DNA of 64,000 nt from Squalus acanthias. Its lineage: Eukaryota. The notes below the pieces were generated by a model that did no database searches, was not told the DNA's origin, and saw nothing but the letters and a program-made list of their open reading frames with translations. Location of the stretch: NCBI GenBank assembly GCA_030390025.1, contig CM059432.1, forward strand, positions 140,680,001 to 140,744,000, read 5' to 3'. Numbering within the stretch: the first letter of the stretch is position 1; each line of letters starts with the position of its first letter. Position numbers and translations under genes: made by a program. Below, piece after piece: positions 49,365-61,739 of the stretch.

Positions 49365-49530
49365 GCCAGATCATCTGTTTTTTTTTAGTGATGTTGGTTG
49401 AGGGATAAATATTGGCCAGGACACCGGGGAGAACTCCCCTGCTTTTCTTCGATATAGTGGCCGTGGGATCTTTTACATCCACCTGAGAGAGCAGACAGGG
49501 ACCTCAGTTGAAAGTATCATCTGAAACTCG
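49365..49530 (-). mobile_element. DeuSINE core fragment
   Basis: rc of Deu core. Confidence 0.8.
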
Positions 49531-49694
49531 GTTGTAAGAAGTGGGGGAAGGAGGGTTGTCCTGTTTGTGACATTCTAGGACAATCCTTCCCTCAAGATCA
49601 TTTGCCCTAGTTAAGGGACAGTGGAGCAACTGACAGTGCTTCAGACTGATAACGGGTGCAAAAAGCTAGATAAGCGTTTGATCTCCTAGTATTG

Positions 49695-50215
49695 TCAGCT
49701 GTGGCTCAGTGGGTAGCAGTCTCCCCTCTGAAGGTTGTGGGTTCAAGTCCCACTCCAGAGAATTGAGCCCATAATCCAGACTGACACTCCCAGTGCAGTA
49801 CTGAGGGAGTGCTGCACTGTCGGGGGGGGTTCTGTCTTTCAGATGAGACGTTAAACCATCTGTCCTCTCAGGTGGGCATAAAAGAGCCCAAGGCACGATT
49901 TTGAAGAAGAGCAAGGGAGTTATCCCTTGTGTCCTGGCCATTATTTATCCCTCAAACAACACCTAAAACAGATTATCTGGTCATTATCCGGCATGGACAG
50001 GTTGGGCTGAATGGCCTGTTTCTGTGCTGTATATCCTGTGTTGTGTAATTATCACATTGCTGTTTGTGGGAGCTTGCTGCGCGCAATTTAGCTGCCGGAT
50101 TTCCTACATTACAACAGTGACTACTCTTCAAAAGTATCTCATTGGTTGTAAAGCACTTTGGGGTGTCTTGAGGTTGTGAAAGGCGCTATATAAATGCAAG
50201 TCTTTCTTTTCTTTC
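49695..50215 (+). mobile_element. DeuSINE, full length, with a 59-bp CR1-tail insert at 49989-50047
   Basis: Head, core and tail; insert flanked by TSD ATTATC. Confidence 0.88.
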
Positions 50216-51630
50216 TCCCTCGCAGAAAATATAAGGACCTTAGTGAGGAAATGTGTATTACACTTCACCAAAGAGAGAAGCAAAAAGTAAGACATGCCTG
50301 GGCCTCACCTCATCACCATTTACATACCTTTTTGTTGACAGGCTCCAGCGATCCCTTAAAGGACCGTCGGTTGGGTTGCTGAAGCGCCTAAGAAGTTGGG
50401 CGGGGTTGACCCCGTTCAGTGCTAACCAATTTCCGGAATAGGTCCCAAACCAGGCGTTTGGCCCCCACCCAATTACACATGCATGAGGCTTGATGCCTGC
50501 TTAGGCAGCCGTCGAGGATGCCTGAATATCGCCCGACACAATATGAGGTGCGGGGCAAAAGCGCCGTGAAATTGGATGCTCCTTGCCCCCTCGTTCTGGC
50601 CCCCTGAAAGACAGGAGCAGTTTCTAGGCCAATGTTACTGATCTATTGGGCAAGCAGAATGTCACGCCTGTTCGGAATGTGACGCCACACTGAAACAATT
50701 AGAGAACCTAACTGGACAAACATATCAGTGGTCAGGTCCATTGGTACGAATCTGGTCCCGATAAGATCTCCTCCACCTCTTTCTCAAAGAGCAATTAGAA
50801 CCATCAATTGAAATTGAAGTAGAATTAAATCAGGCAATGATTACAGAGAATCTTACAGCACAGAAACAGGCCATTCGGCCCAACTGGTCTATGCCGGCGT
50901 TTATGCTCCTCACCAGCCTGATAGTTGATTCGGGTTCAGCTAACAAGTTGCCATTGTGCGATCCTTTTGGAATGGAACCTTTCTGACAATGTGTACTTTA
51001 TTGTGGGGGGTGGGTGTGGAGTGAGGGGGGAGGAGGGTCCTGTGTTTAGAATAAGGATTTGGTTGTATGGATTTATTTTGGTGAGTTCAAGAAGATGCTT
51101 GACTTAGTTTTCAATGATTCTGTATTTAATCTGCCTTCCTGAAAAGGAGAATTTTAAGCCTAATAAGGCACAGCAGTTAATTGTTTATCCGGGGCTGATG
51201 CGCACAGCCACATCTGAGAATTTTGGACAGAATATTGTTTTGTTTTGTATTGGCGTGAGACAGACGGCAAAATGTTTCCAAGCAACATTAAAAGAGCTCA
51301 AGAGCCAACAGCTAAAAGGAACATACGTTAAGATTTTAAGCTCTATTTCCACGTTAAGCTTGAAAAGAAATAAAAGAACACGAGAGAGTCTCTCCATCTC
51401 TGCCTCACTCTCTCTGCCTCTCCAGGTTAACCGCCCCTTAAACTGTCCTGCATAACTCAATAACCCAGTGATACATTTTCCTTACTGACATGCAGCCAAA
51501 GGTGAATCCCTCTTTAAAGTCAAAGAATTTAATTTAATTCAATCGCGCCACCATTGACGGCCGTGCCTTCAGCTGCCTAGACCCCAAGCTCTGGAATTCC
51601 CTCCCTAAACCTCCCTCCCAAAACTAGATT

Positions 51631-52629
51631 TGTAGGATCGAGACTCATGCTCACCACTCGTGATAACTCGGAGAATTCCGAAAACTCTGCTCGGATGTTT
51701 TTACCGCAGCACCTGATCACCCACGTGTTGATCAGGGGTCTCTGTACCCCACTTGTTTACTCGTTTCTGCTCCGGCTAGCAGGCTGGACCATCTGCTGTC
51801 ATGAAGATCTGTGTTGTCCTCGGAGTTCCGACACTACTCAAAAAAAGAGTCTTCCTGTGCCCTCGCCCTGATGCGATAAAATTCGAAGAATAGTCTTCCG
51901 ATGCCAGTTCTGTAAAACTCAAAAGATAGTCTTCCTGGGCAAGGAAAATGTCTATTCGACCTACAGGCGCGGTCGGGGCTTACTGACCGTGGCGATACGT
52001 ATGGTTGTCTTCTTCTCTTCTCATCTCATCTCATCTCATCTCATCTCGGGCCTTCGGTTCCAACACCGTTTACCGACTTCTCGGGATGGTGTGCCCGTTT
52101 CAAGGCTTCACAGCCCAGTTCCACACAGATCTTCGCGGCAAGCCACGAGGCTGATCCTGGCGGATCAGAAAGTTCGATAGTCGAGCAGCAAGAGGCAGAG
52201 GCACGATGCAAGCGGCAAGAGGATAAGAGAAAGATGGACGGTTGGAGCTTACAGTTATAGTGCTGAGATTCCTCTTTTCCCGCCCAATCTTTAATGTCTT
52301 TTCTTTTGTTAGGGTTTTGGCGCTCAAATTTCTTGTATAGGGTGATCTCCGTTTAATGGGTTTCGGTGATACTTGTAACTGCCTGAGTACCTGTTAATAC
52401 TTTTCCCAATGTGTAACCGGTCAGTATTCTCCCTGGAGGGGTTTTGGGGCTTCCAAATGTTTTCTGTAACTACCCGCAAACGGCTCTCTCATCGTAGAGT
52501 CGTGGGGATTTTGCATATTAATGTCTTTGGATGGGTTCTTGATCGCTTGGTACAATAGCCCTTATTCGCACCTGGGAGACCGATTTCAGTATTTATGTGT
52601 ATACTGCAAACCCATAATGTCTTGTGCCA
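51631..52629 (-). mobile_element. Unclassified insertion of about 1 kb, LTR-like, within an L2 3' end (51541-51615 / 52655-52812)
   Basis: Interrupts a continuous L2 tail; CpG-rich; TG...CA ends; CCAAT/GC box and TATA-like motif; no TSD found. Confidence 0.4.
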
Positions 52630-53177
52630 ATCCCCCAACCGCCCCCACCCCCACGCCCGACCTCCTCCTTTAAGTCTCTCCTTAAAAAACCTCCCTCTTA
52701 TATCTCCTTATGTGGCTCAGCGTCAAATTTTGTCCGATAACGCTCCTGTGAAGCGCCTTGGGATGTTTTTACTATGTTAAAGGCGCTATATAATTGCAAG
52801 TTGTTGTTGTTGAATAATATGTATTTGAAAAGGGGGAAGACAGCTACAGGTTATGAAAGAGTCAAGCAGGTGAAAACGTACAGTTAAGGTTTTGCAATTG
52901 AGAATTACCTGAGCGGACATCTTTACATTTTGATACCGCAGCTATTGACTATTATACTTATACTGACTATATATTTCCTACATTACAGCAGTGACTACGC
53001 TTCAAGAAGTATTTAATTTGTCTGTAAAGCGGTTTGGGACGTCTTGAGGTCATGAAAGACGCTATAGAAATGCAAGTCTTTCTTTCTTTCTACCCAGGAC
53101 GTAAGAGTGAGGTTCTCAGATGATTCAAAAAATGTTATTAACGTGTCAGCTTAATAGTTGTTAGACACTAGAACAAT

Positions 53178-53913
53178 GGCCCGATCAGAGGCTTCCTGCG
53201 TGCAGAGACCTCCGATCTGGAAAAAATCTACGCCCTTACCTGAGGGCTCCGGAGGTCCGGACATTTCCAATGCCGGGCCTCTCCTGGTGCGCGTGCAGAG
53301 GCCCAGGTATCCCAGGGGCGCAGGCGGTTCGCAAGCGTCCCTGGGATCATGTGGGCCACGGGGAACCAATCAAAGAAGGGAATCCCCCTTCATACTTTTG
53401 ACAGGTCTCTCAGCTTAGACCCGTCAAAAGTATGAATGGGGATCACTCAAAAAACACATCAAAGCATTAAATAAAAAACATTATAAATCACGTTTTTAAA
53501 ATTAGTTAAAATTACATTAAATTAAATATTTTAAACAAAAATTTTTTTTTTTTTAAATTAAAGTTTTTTACGGGGCTAAAAATAAACTTACCTTTTTTAA
53601 AAGTATTTTTAAATTATAAATGAGTGGAACAAAAATTATTTTTTTATTTTTTTAAACTCTTATGCTAGTAAAAGCAGGCCTTACGCCTGCTTTTACCAGG
53701 CGTAAGATTTCTAAGGGTTTTCAGCGGGCGGAGGTTCTGCAGAAAGCGGAACTCTCCCCCCGCAGAGGAGGATCTGTCAAGAGGATTCTTGACAGATCGG
53801 AAGTGCCGGTTTTCAGCGCATGCGCTTTGCATGCCTGAAACCGGCACTTGTGAGGCCCCGTACGGGCGCGTGCGCACCTCGTACACACCCGTAGGGATCG
53901 GAAAATACGGGCC
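53178..53913. mobile_element. PIF/Harbinger-type MITE (family A)
   Basis: TIR GGCCCG/CGGGCC; TSD AAT/AAT. Confidence 0.78.
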
Positions 53914-54403
53914 AATAAATTAATTCAGGGAGGAAGAGCGTGAGGCAGAAGGAGCTTTGTTAAATGCACTTAAAAGTGCCATTGATTAACGCAGCTTTAC
54001 TAGTACCCAGCACTTTGTTGAGAATGTCACATTTGGATCTAGGAGCCAGACTTGACCAGGGTATCAGTAACACTCATTCACCGTGCCGGGTTCCCATCCC
54101 TTCTAAAGTGCCTCAAGATGTTTTGCTACTTCAAAAGCGCTATATAAGTGCAAGTTTGTTGTGATTGTAAAGAGCAGCAGTGAAGTCCTGTGTGATCCTC
54201 AATGAAAGCATCCTACCAAGCTTCACAAGTTCCGTCCCAATGATATAATCACGGGGTAGAATTCCCAAGCTGCATATAACAGCAGCTTTTATTTTTATTT
54301 TCTATAATGGATTTTCGAGGAAATACAATTACATCTATATTTTATGAGACCTGCCACTGAAGGAACTGGAGGACAGAATTAAATGGACTGCTGAAATTAT
54401 ATT

Positions 54404-55107
54404 GGCCCGTAATTTGCGGTCAGTGGTGAAGCGGCGGCGATTGGCGCTGACCTCGAAGAGAGCTGCCCAGAGAGACCTCGCGATCTCTGTGACGAGAACT
54501 GTAGCTTGTAGCGCTGTTAAAAGGGGATTCCTAGCGTAGAGCAGCAGTGACATCATCAAGCTGTCTGTGCAGCCAATCACATTGAAGAATTCTCACAAAC
54601 AGCAAACCAGGAAATAAAAAGCACTGATTATCTGCACTTTTTAAAAATGTTATAGAGAGCGGAATAAAGATTGGGACATTCACTGGGATTAAGGTAGAAG
54701 CTGAAATATCATGAACAAACTTTAAAAAACATTTGTAATTATTTTAAAAATCTAGTCATTTTTATTATAATGGAGACATCTGACATTCCACAAATATAAA
54801 ATTAGTTTTCGGGACCAGAACGGTTGTTTAGCAGTCAGTACGCTGTTAAAACCACAGTTACACCTATTCCAACAAGGCTTAACATTTACTGAGGTGTTTA
54901 ACAGCGATATTAGTGTGGAAAAGCTTAAGTTTGTCAATTCCACAGATTCCACTAATTGCGTCAGAGCAGTGAATGACTGACCGCAACCTCAGGATTTCCG
55001 CGTTTAGCTGTGGATGCACTAAATCCTGAAGTTATGGTCAGTTTCAGAGGGGTAATGACGGCGAACGCTGACAGTTTGTCATCATTGCCCACCACAAATT
55101 CCGGGCC
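54404..55107. mobile_element. PIF/Harbinger-type MITE (family B)
   Basis: TIR GGCCCGTAATTTGCGGT / ACCACAAATTCCGGGCC. Confidence 0.72.
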
Positions 55108-55126
55108 AATGAATATTGTTGGGAAT

Positions 55127-55522
55127 TAGGGTCGCCAACTCTGGTTGGACATATTACTGGAGTTTTCATCATGTGACCTCCTGCCTCCAACCATCCCGCC
55201 CCCACCCCCCCCCCCCCCACACTCCCGCCATTGGTCGCCTGACACCTCCATCCTCACGGCACCTCGCCTTCCCGTAGCCAATCAGAGAGCGAACAGACTC
55301 TTCGTTCCCCAATTGGATGATTCTTGACTCGCAGTCAACTTGACTTTTTCCCCCATCGCCAATATTTTTAGAATTAATAAGCAAAAGCGTTCAAAGAAAA
55401 TGAAAAGAAGAACACAATTATTTTTTTAATGCCCCGATGATTTCTCTCCTGGGTTTGATCACAGCAGTGTCCTGGAGATCAATCATCAATTCCTAGAGAC
55501 TCCTGGAGGATCAGCAACCCTG
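55127..55522. mobile_element. hAT-type MITE
   Basis: TIR TAGGGTCGCC / AGCAACCCTG; perfect 8-bp TSD TTGGGAAT. Confidence 0.85.
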
Positions 55523-56697
55523 TTGGGAATATAAAAGTAAAGCCAACAGGATAGATTCGCCTAGTGGCTAGGGGATATTAGAACATCAATCCAGACTCAA
55601 TTTTGAGATGGGAAGACTGCCCGAGTGTATTTTTAAAGTACAATAGATTCATATATGACATGGGAGACATATTAAACTTTAGGGGGTGATCTTATCAATG
55701 GGGACGTGGTGGAGGCGGGACTCCCACTTGTCGGGTTTTAGTCCCGCCTCCATCGACGTCCAGCCAACCCATGCTATTTTCCCTTGATTGACCTTGTTAA
55801 GCCCGCCCACTCATCACTCACCTGCACACCGGACATTTCGGCCCCTCCGACCCCTGCAGACCCACGGCTCGCCTCGCTGACCCTGGCGAGGTTCGGAGCC
55901 GTCGGGAAGCCCACACTTTAGGGCTCAAAATAGGGATTAGCCAAAAAACTGCCTGTTAGCTACCTGTTAACAGGCAGTTAATTGGCACTAATCCCCTTCC
56001 CGCCTCGAGGAGACGGGACCCGGCGCGGGTCGGGGACCCGCCTCCTGGGAAGATGGCACGGAGGCGGGTTGGGAGCGGGGTCGGTACCCGCTCCCAGATT
56101 CTGCCATTTTCCCGGCAGTCCCGCCTCCATACCCACCTCCCCAGGGCTGGCAAAATTGCCCCCTTAGTTTTTGATGCTGATATGTGGTGGGGGAATGGCT
56201 ATGCAGAGTGGCGGAACGGTGGTGAGATTGTCTATGTTTTAGTCATGACTTTGCTTCTGGTGGTAGAAGCCAGTGACGGGTGATTGTCGGGTACAATGGA
56301 ATGATCACGATCTTGTAAGTGTTTTAATTATTGAATAAATCCAATTAAAAAAAAACAGCAATCAAAAGGCTGTGAGTTCAAATCCCATGTGTTTCACTAA
56401 TATCCTGCCACCCCCTACCTGGTCTGGGCCTACATGTGACTCCAGTCCCAAACTAGACAGTTAACTCTTAATGCCCACAGAGCAACTAAGGGTAGGCAAT
56501 AAATTCTGATACCCGTATCCCAAACAAATATAAAACAAGTAGGATTGAGGGTAGCATCTGAGATAGCGTGAACGGGAGAAGCTGATGAAAGCAGGAGTAA
56601 AATTAGCCACAAGAGATCCTTTTCTGGTTGAAATAGGCTACTTTTGTGCTAATTCCACACATGGCTCTAGCTGGCTCTGGATTTACCTCAGTATCTG

Positions 56698-57340
56698 AGA
56701 ACATAGGAACAGGAACAGGCCAATCAGCCCCTCGAGCCTGTTCCATCATTCAATTAGATCATGGCTGACCTGTATCTTAACTTCATTTAGCCGCCTTGGT
56801 TCCGTAACCCTTAGTAACCTTACCTAACAAAAATTGATCAATCTCAGTTTTGGATTTTTCGATTGACCCCCTAGCCTCAACAGTTTTTTGGGGGCAGAGA
56901 GTTCCAGATTTCCGCTACCCTTTGTGTGAAGAAGTGCTTCCTGACATCACCCCTGAACGGCCTGGCTCTAATTTTAAGGTTATGCCCCCTTGGACTCTCC
57001 CACCAGAGGAAATAATTTCTCTCTATCTACCCGAGCAACTCATTTAATCATCTTAAACACCTCAATTAGATCACCCCTTAATCATCCATACACAAGGGAA
57101 TACAAGCCTAGTCTATGCAACCAGTCCTCATAATTTAACCCTTTTAGCCCCTGGTATCATTCTGGTGAATCTGCGCTGCACCCACTCCAAGACCAATATA
57201 TCCTTCCTGAGGTGCAGTGCCCAGAACTGAATGCAGTTACTCCAGGTGGGGTCTGACCAAGGCTCTGTACAGCTGTAACATAACTTCCACCCCTTTGTAT
57301 TCCAGCCCTCTTGAGATAAAGGCCATCATTCCATTAGCTC
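56698..57340 (-). mobile_element. CR1 3' fragment
   Basis: Homologous to 2837-3437. Confidence 0.87.
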
Positions 57341-57529
57341 TACCTTGTAGCAGTATAAGCCGAGCCACAAGAGTTGAATGGTCTTGTAAAGCTATGAATG
57401 GCAGCTACTGGTAAAATCACTGAGCCATCGTGAGAGGCTGTTTGTTTTTCTTGTGATACAGATCTATGCTTTGCTTCTGTTATTTAAGTCACAGTCTATA
57501 CCACAGGTACGTTAAAACTTCACACAGAC

Positions 57530-57838
57530 AGAATCACACAGAATCCCCACAGTGCAGATAGAGGCCATTTCGGCCCATCGAGCCTGCACCGACACATATG
57601 CCACCCTATCCCCGTAACCCCACGTATTTAATCCCCCTAACACTAAGGGTCAATTTATCATAGCCAAATCAACCTAACCCGCACATCTTTGGACTGTGGG
57701 AGGAAACCGGAGCACCCGGAGGAAACCCACGCAGATACGGGGAGAATGTGCAAACTCCACACAGACAGTCACCCGAGGCCGGATTCGAACCCGGGTCCCT
57801 GGCGCTGTGAGGCAACAGTGCTAACCACTATGCCACCC
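57530..57838 (-). mobile_element. V-SINE (HE1-like), near full length
   Basis: rc of tRNA-like head, V-domain and tail; closely similar to 25647-25940. Confidence 0.9.
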
Positions 57839-57898
57839 ATGTTAACTTAAGAGAGGTCAAACCACCAGCGGAAAATAAGAGGAATTAAAGACTATATG

Positions 57899-58584
57899 GG
57901 CCTGAATTTGGGGTCAGAGGCTTTCCACGGGCCTGCCTGATGGTCCTGGATCCACGGCAACTTGCGCTCCTGGGCCTCGATGCGTAGATATGCGTAGAGG
58001 CCCACGTATCCCAGGGGTGCAGGCAGTTTGCAAGCGTCTCTGGGATCATGTGGGCTGACCCAACGAATGACAGAAGGGCATTCCCATTCATGCTTATGGG
58101 GATTCCGGATGTACAGAATCCCTATAAGCATGAAAGGGAATACCCCTAAAAATACATGTACACGTCAAATAAATTTAAAAAAATTACATATTTAAAATTA
58201 ATTCAAATGCCATTTAATTAAATATTTAAAAAAAAAAATAATAATTTGAAAAAATGTTTTAAATGGGCTAAAAATAAACTTATTTCACAGGTTTTCAAAT
58301 GTTTAAATGACTGAAAATATTTATTTTTATGTTCGTTTAAACTCTTACGCTGGTAAAAGCAGGCCTTACGCTTGATTTTACCAGGCGTAAGAATTTCACG
58401 GGCATTCGCTGGGCAGAAGTTGGGCAAACAGCCCAACTCTCCACCCGCGGAGGCCCTTTTCCCGGGGAGCGCAAGTTCTGGGTTTTAGCGCATGCGCTTC
58501 ATGCGCATAAACCCGGAACCTGCGCAGCCCTTACGCGCGCATATGCACCTCGTACGCGCCCGTAGGGTCCGCAAATTACGGGCC
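57899..58584. mobile_element. PIF/Harbinger-type MITE (family A, divergent)
   Basis: TIR GGCCTGAATTT / AAATTACGGGCC; collinear with 53178-53913. Confidence 0.75.
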
Positions 58585-58625
58585 AATGTTGAAAATGACA
58601 ATGGTCCAGAATTTGCGGTTGGGAT

Positions 58626-58783
58626 TGTAATGTATTATCACATGGTTTGTCACATGGTTTAGTATGAGCATGCTCAGTTCGCTCTAGCCTAGTAAAGCAA
58701 GCACATGGACTAGCAACTCATCCTGTCTCTGTCGTTCATTTGTTCTACCCACATATATTACATTTTGACAATGAGGATGGGAT
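58626..58783 (+). mobile_element. Gypsy-type 5' LTR (58626-58762) and primer-binding site (58766-58783)
   Basis: TGTAAT...ATTACA termini; TGACAATGAGGATGGGAT resembles TGGCGACGAGGATGGGAT, the complement of the tRNA-Ser(GCU) 3' end. Confidence 0.8.
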
Positions 58784-59018
58784 CCCAAAGCCACTTTTAG
58801 GGATCATAGAAGGACACAGTGTTCAACCTTTCTAGTGGAAATGTTTAAGGTGAATTTGTGACACCTAAACTGAATTTTTGCGATGTTTTACTGTTAATGC
58901 TGATGCAGAATCAGCTGTGCTTCACCTTCGCGTGTATGTATACACAGCAACAGCTGAGTTGATTCTCACAGGTACACGGGTAGCGGCTGAGTCACTGTTC
59001 GACGGGATCGGCACAATT

Positions 59019-59215
59019 ATGGCCACGTCTGTGAGATTCATCGGAAGCCTCGGCCTGTATGACCGAGCTCACGAACCATTCAGTTCTTACATTGAGCGGA
59101 TGGAGATGTTTTTTAGGGCCAATAACATTATTGAGACCAAAGGTACAGATGAGAATGTTCAAGCTCAAAATAAAGTAATTTGTGAATGGAAGAAAGTAAT
59201 TTTTCTAACAGAGAT
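59019..59215 (+). pseudogene. gag: Ty3/Gypsy gag N-terminus, truncated by a CR1 insertion
   Basis: IGSLGLYDRAHEPFSSYIERMEMFFRANNI matches the Gypsy gag N-terminal pattern; lies downstream of the LTR and PBS. Confidence 0.75.
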
Positions 59216-61705
59216 CATAAGAACCATAAGAAATAGGAGCAGGCGTAGGCCATTCGGCCCCTCGAGCCTGCTCCGCCATTCAATAAGATCATGGCTGATC
59301 TTCTACCTCAACTCCACTTTCCTGCACTAGCCCCATATCCCTTGATTCCCTTAATATCCAAGAATCTATCGATCTCTGTCTTGAATATACTCAACGACTG
59401 AGCCTCCACAGCCCTCTGGGGTAGAGAATCCCAAAGATTCACCACCCTCTGAGTGAAGAAATTTCTCCTCATCTCAGTCCTAAATGGCTGACCCCTTATT
59501 CAGAGACTGTGACCCCTGGTTCTAGACTCACCAGCCAGGGGAAACATCCTCCCTGCATCTACCCTGTCAAGTCCTGTAAGAATTTTGTATGTTTCAATGA
59601 GATCACCTCTCATTCTTCTAAACTCTAGAGAATATAGGCCTAGTCTACTCAATCTGTCCTCATAGGACAATCTCCCCATCCCAGGAGTCAGTCTGGTGAA
59701 CCTTTATTGCACTCCCTCTCTGGCAAGTATATCCATCCTTAGGTAAGGAGACCAAAACTGTACACAATACTCCAGGTCTGGTCCGACCAGGGCCATATAT
59801 AATTGCAGTAAGACGTCTTTACTCTTATACTCAAATCCTCTTGTAATAAAGGCCAACATACCATTTGCTTTCCTAATTGCTTGCTGTACCTGCATGTTAA
59901 CTTTCAGTGATTTGTGTACAAGGACACCCAGGTCCCTCTGACCACCAACATTTCCCAATCTCTCACCATTTAAAAATAACTCTGCTTTTCTATTTTTCCT
60001 ACCAAAGTGGATAACTTCACATTTCTCCACATTATATTCCATTTGCCATGTTCTTGCCCACTCACTTAACCTGTCTATATCCCCTTGAAGCCTCTTTGCA
60101 TCCTCCTCACAACTTACATTCCCACCCAGCTTTGTATCATCAGCAAACTTGGATATATTACATTTGGTCCCCTCATCCAAATCATTGATGTAGATTGTGA
60201 ATAGCTGAGGCCCAAGCACTGAACCCTGCAGTACCCCACTAGTTACAGCCTGCCAACCCGAAAATGACCCGTTTATTCCTACTCTCTGTTTTCTGTCCGT
60301 TAACCAATCCCCAATCAATGCTAGTATATTACCTCCAATCCCATGAGCCCTAATTTTGTTTAATAACCTTTTATGTGGCACCTTATCAAATGCCTTCTGA
60401 AAATCCAAATACACCACATCCATTGGTTCTCCACTTATCTATTCTGCTGGTTACAACCTCAAAAAACTCTAACAGATTCGTCAAACATGATTTCCCTTTC
60501 ATAAATCTGTGTTGACTCTGCCCAATCCTATTATTATTTTCTAAGTGCCCTGTTACCACGTCCTTAATAATAGATTCTAGCATTTTCCCTACGACTGATG
60601 TCAGGCTAACTGGTCTGTAGTTCCCCGTTTTCTCTCTCCCTCCTTTCTTAAATAGTGGGGTTGCATTTGCTACCTTCCAATCTGCGGAAACTGTTCTAGA
60701 ATCTAGGGAATTTTGGAAGATGACAACCAAGGCAGCCACTATCTCTATAGCCACCCCTTTCAAAACCCTAGGATGTAGGCCATCAGGTCCAGGGGATTTA
60801 TTGGCTTTCAGTCCCATTAATTTCTCCAGTACTATTTTGTTACTAATACTAATTTCTTTCAGTTCCTCATTCTCGCTAGACCGTTGGTTCTCCACTATTT
60901 CCAGAAGGTTTTTTGTATCTCTTCTATGAAGACAGAAACTATGGGCTGGATTTTCATTGACCCGTGGAGGTGGGTTTGGAGGCGTGTGGGGGGTTAAAAT
61001 TGTGAAAACTGGCAGGCGGGCACAAGTCCGTCTCCATCCCACCTCCACGCAATTTTCATTAAATTGTGTCTGCTGGTCCCGACTCCGTCCCGCCTCTAAG
61101 AGGCGGGATAGGCTGTTAAGGCCCTTAACAAGCACTAAATTGCCTCTATTATGCCATTTTGAAAGGCCTTTGTGATTTTAACCCTTTTCTACGTGAAGCA
61201 CGCCTGATCTGAACCATGGATGTGAAACCTGGCGGGAGCACATTTGGCTGGCTGGCTGCAGGCCTGGATGGATGAGGAGGAAACATATCTGGATGGATGG
61301 ATGAGGAGGAGACATATCTGGGAGTGGTGGTGCAAAAATATCTGGGAGCAGACTTAGGGCTGCTGCTGCTCATTTTGCATCCAGGTCCTCTCACAGCAAA
61401 GGCCAGGCAGTCTTTGCAGACCTTCAATGCAGCAGCAATGATGACATCATCAGAGGCAACTTTCAGACTGAAAACACTAATTGGTTCATGGGTTCCCACA
61501 TGCTGGAACTCAATTGCCCAATTAGGTGAAAATCGCATCAATCTCCCACATCCAATTGCAGTCGGGTGGATAACACGACCCCAACCCGCCCCAGTATCAA
61601 AATCCAGCCCAAAGTATTTGTTTAATTTCTCTGCCATTTCCTTATTCCCCATTATAATTTCTCCTGTCTCAGCCTGTAAGGGAACCACGTTTACTTTGCT
61701 AATCT
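59216..61705 (-). mobile_element. CR1 LINE, 5'-truncated (RT domain), interrupted by a MITE
   Basis: ORFs with [19 protein letters not shown] and FADDTKL; CR1 tail at 59216. Confidence 0.93.
60943..61610. mobile_element. Harbinger-like MITE
   Basis: 12-bp TIR GGGCTGGATTTT / AAAATCCAGCCC; interrupts CR1 ORF2. Confidence 0.72.
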
Positions 61706-61739
61706 TTTCCTTTTCGCTAATCTCTTCCTTTTTCCAGGA

